Positions 62,803 to 64,000 of a DNA stretch of 64,000 nt are shown piece after piece. Source of the stretch: Chloroflexota bacterium. Lineage in GTDB: Bacteria > Chloroflexota > UBA6077 > CF-72. The stretch spans positions 284 through 64,283 of the forward strand of contig DATGER010000126.1 in the NCBI GenBank assembly GCA_035309865.1, in the 5' to 3' direction. The notes under the pieces were generated by a model. That model was not told where the DNA came from, searched no databases, and saw only the letters and a list, made by a program, of their open reading frames with translations. Position numbers and translations under genes: made by a program. The stretch's first letter is position 1. Every line of letters starts with the position of its first letter.

Positions 62803-64000
62803 GTGCGGTCACGGCCTGACTCGAATTTAGCAACGCTCGAGGCCGTCTACGATCTGAGCGTCGCGGTCGGCTCGATTGCCGACCCGCACGAGGCGACCGC
62901 CTGGCTGGCGGAACGGGCCGCCGGTGTGGTCCGGGCCGACGCCGCGGCGCTCTACGTGTGGCACGCGCCGACCGGTCGGTTGCGCCTGCGGCAGAGAAGC
63001 GGCGCACTGCTGTTCTGGCTGCCGGCATCTGTCGCACCCGGCGATACGCTCGCGGGCGAGACGTTCGCGCGCGCCCGGCCAGTTGTGGTCGAACTTTCTC
63101 CGGGTCTGAGTCCGAGTCCGGGCGCGGTGGACCAGGATCTCGGGCCGGACTGCCTGCCACCCGGCGCGCAGGCGGCGATTGCCGTGCCGCTGCGGTCGGG
63201 CGCGTATGTCGCGGGCGTCCTGATCGTCTTCTACGCCGACCAGCGAAGGGTCCCCTCGGCAGCCCTGTACGCCGTGAGCCTGCTGGCGGTGCTGCTGGGG
63301 GCTGGCCTACAGGCTGTCGCGACGCACGAGACCGAGCTCCAGGAAGCGACCACCCGAGCCTTTCGAACCAGCACGAGTCGCGTGCTCGCCAATGCGCTGG
63401 ACCTCGAGACGACGCTGGAACGCGTCGGGCAGTTGGCGGTGCCGCAACTCGCCGACTGGTGCACCCTCGACCTGGTGGCGCCAGATGGAACGATCCACTG
63501 GCTGGCGTTGGTGCACGGCGATGTGACCAAAGTGGCGCGCGAGCGCGAGTTGTTGCGCCACACCCCGCCCAATCTGGCCATGGCGACCGGCGACGCGGTG
63601 GTTGCGTTCCGGCGTGACGCGGTTCAGAGTGCGGCCGGACTCGGATCGCACTCGCTACTGGTCATGCCGCTGCGTGCCAACGGGAAGTTCCTGGGCGTAC
63701 TCTCGCTCAAGCGCATCGGCGCCGATCGGCCATACTGCGAGAGCGAGCGCACCGAGCTGGCCGAGCACCTGGCCACGCGGTGTTCGCAGGCCCTGGGCAA
63801 CGCGCATGTCTATCATGCGGCGCAAGAAGAGATCGCCGAGCGCCGCCGCTCTGAGCTCGCCTTGCGCGAAAGCCAGGGCCGCACCGCGGCAATCCTCGAA
63901 GCCGCCCTCGACAGCATCATCACCTTCGATCTCAGTGGCCAGATCACCGAGTTCAACTCCGCGGCCGAGCGCGCGTTTGGCCTGAGCCGAGATGCGGTCC
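62803..64000 (+). CDS. GAF-GAF-PAS sensor protein, 5' partial (runs off the window); not in the supplied ORF track
   Basis: Open frame from 62755 to the window end with no stop. First in-frame start is GTG 62803. My translation gives ...LEAVYDLSVAVGSIADPHEA...AAIAVPLRSGAYVAGVLIVFYAD... (GAF), ...LMPLRANGKFLGVLSLKR... (GAF), then ESQGRTAAILEAALDSIITFDLSGQITEFNSAAERAFG (PAS). High GC3. Confidence 0.75.
   Translation, partial: MRSRPDSNLATLEAVYDLSVAVGSIADPHEATAWLAERAAGVVRADAAALYVWHAPTGRLRLRQRSGALLFWLPASVAPGDTLAGETFARARPVVVELSPGLSPSPGAVDQDLGPDCLPPGAQAAIAVPLRSGAYVAGVLIVFYADQRRVPSAALYAVSLLAVLLGAGLQAVATHETELQEATTRAFRTSTSRVLANALDLETTLERVGQLAVPQLADWCTLDLVAPDGTIHWLALVHGDVTKVARERELLRHTPPNLAMATGDAVVAFRRDAVQSAAGLGSHSLLVMPLRANGKFLGVLSLKRIGADRPYCESERTELAEHLATRCSQALGNAHVYHAAQEEIAERRRSELALRESQGRTAAILEAALDSIITFDLSGQITEFNSAAERAFGLSRDAV

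Noticed and set aside
1-64000. tRNA, rRNA, riboswitch, prophage, integrase or defence-system (RM, CBASS, TA, retron, CRISPR-Cas) signatures
   Set aside because: By-eye reading of all intergenic spacers and of the ORF products found no cloverleaf-like sequences, no integrase, recombinase or reverse transcriptase, and no nuclease/ATPase defence-type proteins. This is a visual screen only. A covariance-model scan (tRNAscan-SE or Infernal) would be needed for certainty.

Overview
Very GC-rich, densely coding chromosomal segment. I call about 58 protein genes on both strands, many translationally coupled through ATGA, GTGA, TGATG or TAGTG overlaps. I saw no rRNA, tRNA, CRISPR array, intact IS element or prophage. 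Taxonomy cannot be fixed from the window. Tat-signal lipoprotein solute-binding proteins with long Ala/Pro/Thr tethers, GT87/DUF2029, DinB/TIGR03086 and DUF35 genes resemble a monoderm Chloroflexota- or Actinomycetota-like genome.

Gene content, left to right:
- Cell-envelope block: secreted GH3 hexosaminidase, Ser/Thr kinase, two GT-C membrane glycosyltransferases, two zinc-ribbon membrane proteins.
- Acyl-CoA catabolic block: fused CoA-transferase, SCP2-type thiolase, DUF35, serine hydrolase, OsmC, SDR, ADP-forming acyl-CoA synthetase, acyl-CoA dehydrogenase.
- ArsR-SRPBCC pair, OmpR/histidine-kinase pair, and fhs.
- Redox/nitrosative block: regulator plus CMD/AhpD-like gene, di-heme cytochrome c, GAF-PAS-LuxR regulator, qNOR, small Cys-rich membrane protein, a second GAF-PAS-LuxR, and an MCP.
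- Assorted small genes: FTCD_C, DUF2277, zf-UBP, DUF5996.
- A large uncharacterised locus: EutA-like/TfoX fusion, two paralogous bicupins, PhyH dioxygenase, TetR, and a physically split ABC importer. A cytochrome c peroxidase gene coupled to a GGDEF-EAL gene sits between the importer parts.
- HlyD/ABC-2 exporter, a decayed ornithine cyclodeaminase remnant, and an enolase/epimerase/NMT1-like sugar-acid-type block.
- An open-ended GAF-GAF-PAS sensor gene that is absent from the supplied ORF track.

The most checkable unusual signal is at 23540-24112. Two track ORFs there form one CMD/AhpD-like reading frame, interrupted by a single TGA at the second Cys position of the catalytic CxxC motif. A perfect hairpin follows at SECIS-like distance. 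This is a candidate selenoprotein; the alternative is a nonsense pseudogene.

Most long overlapping or antisense ORFs in the track are GC-frame artefacts and were rejected.
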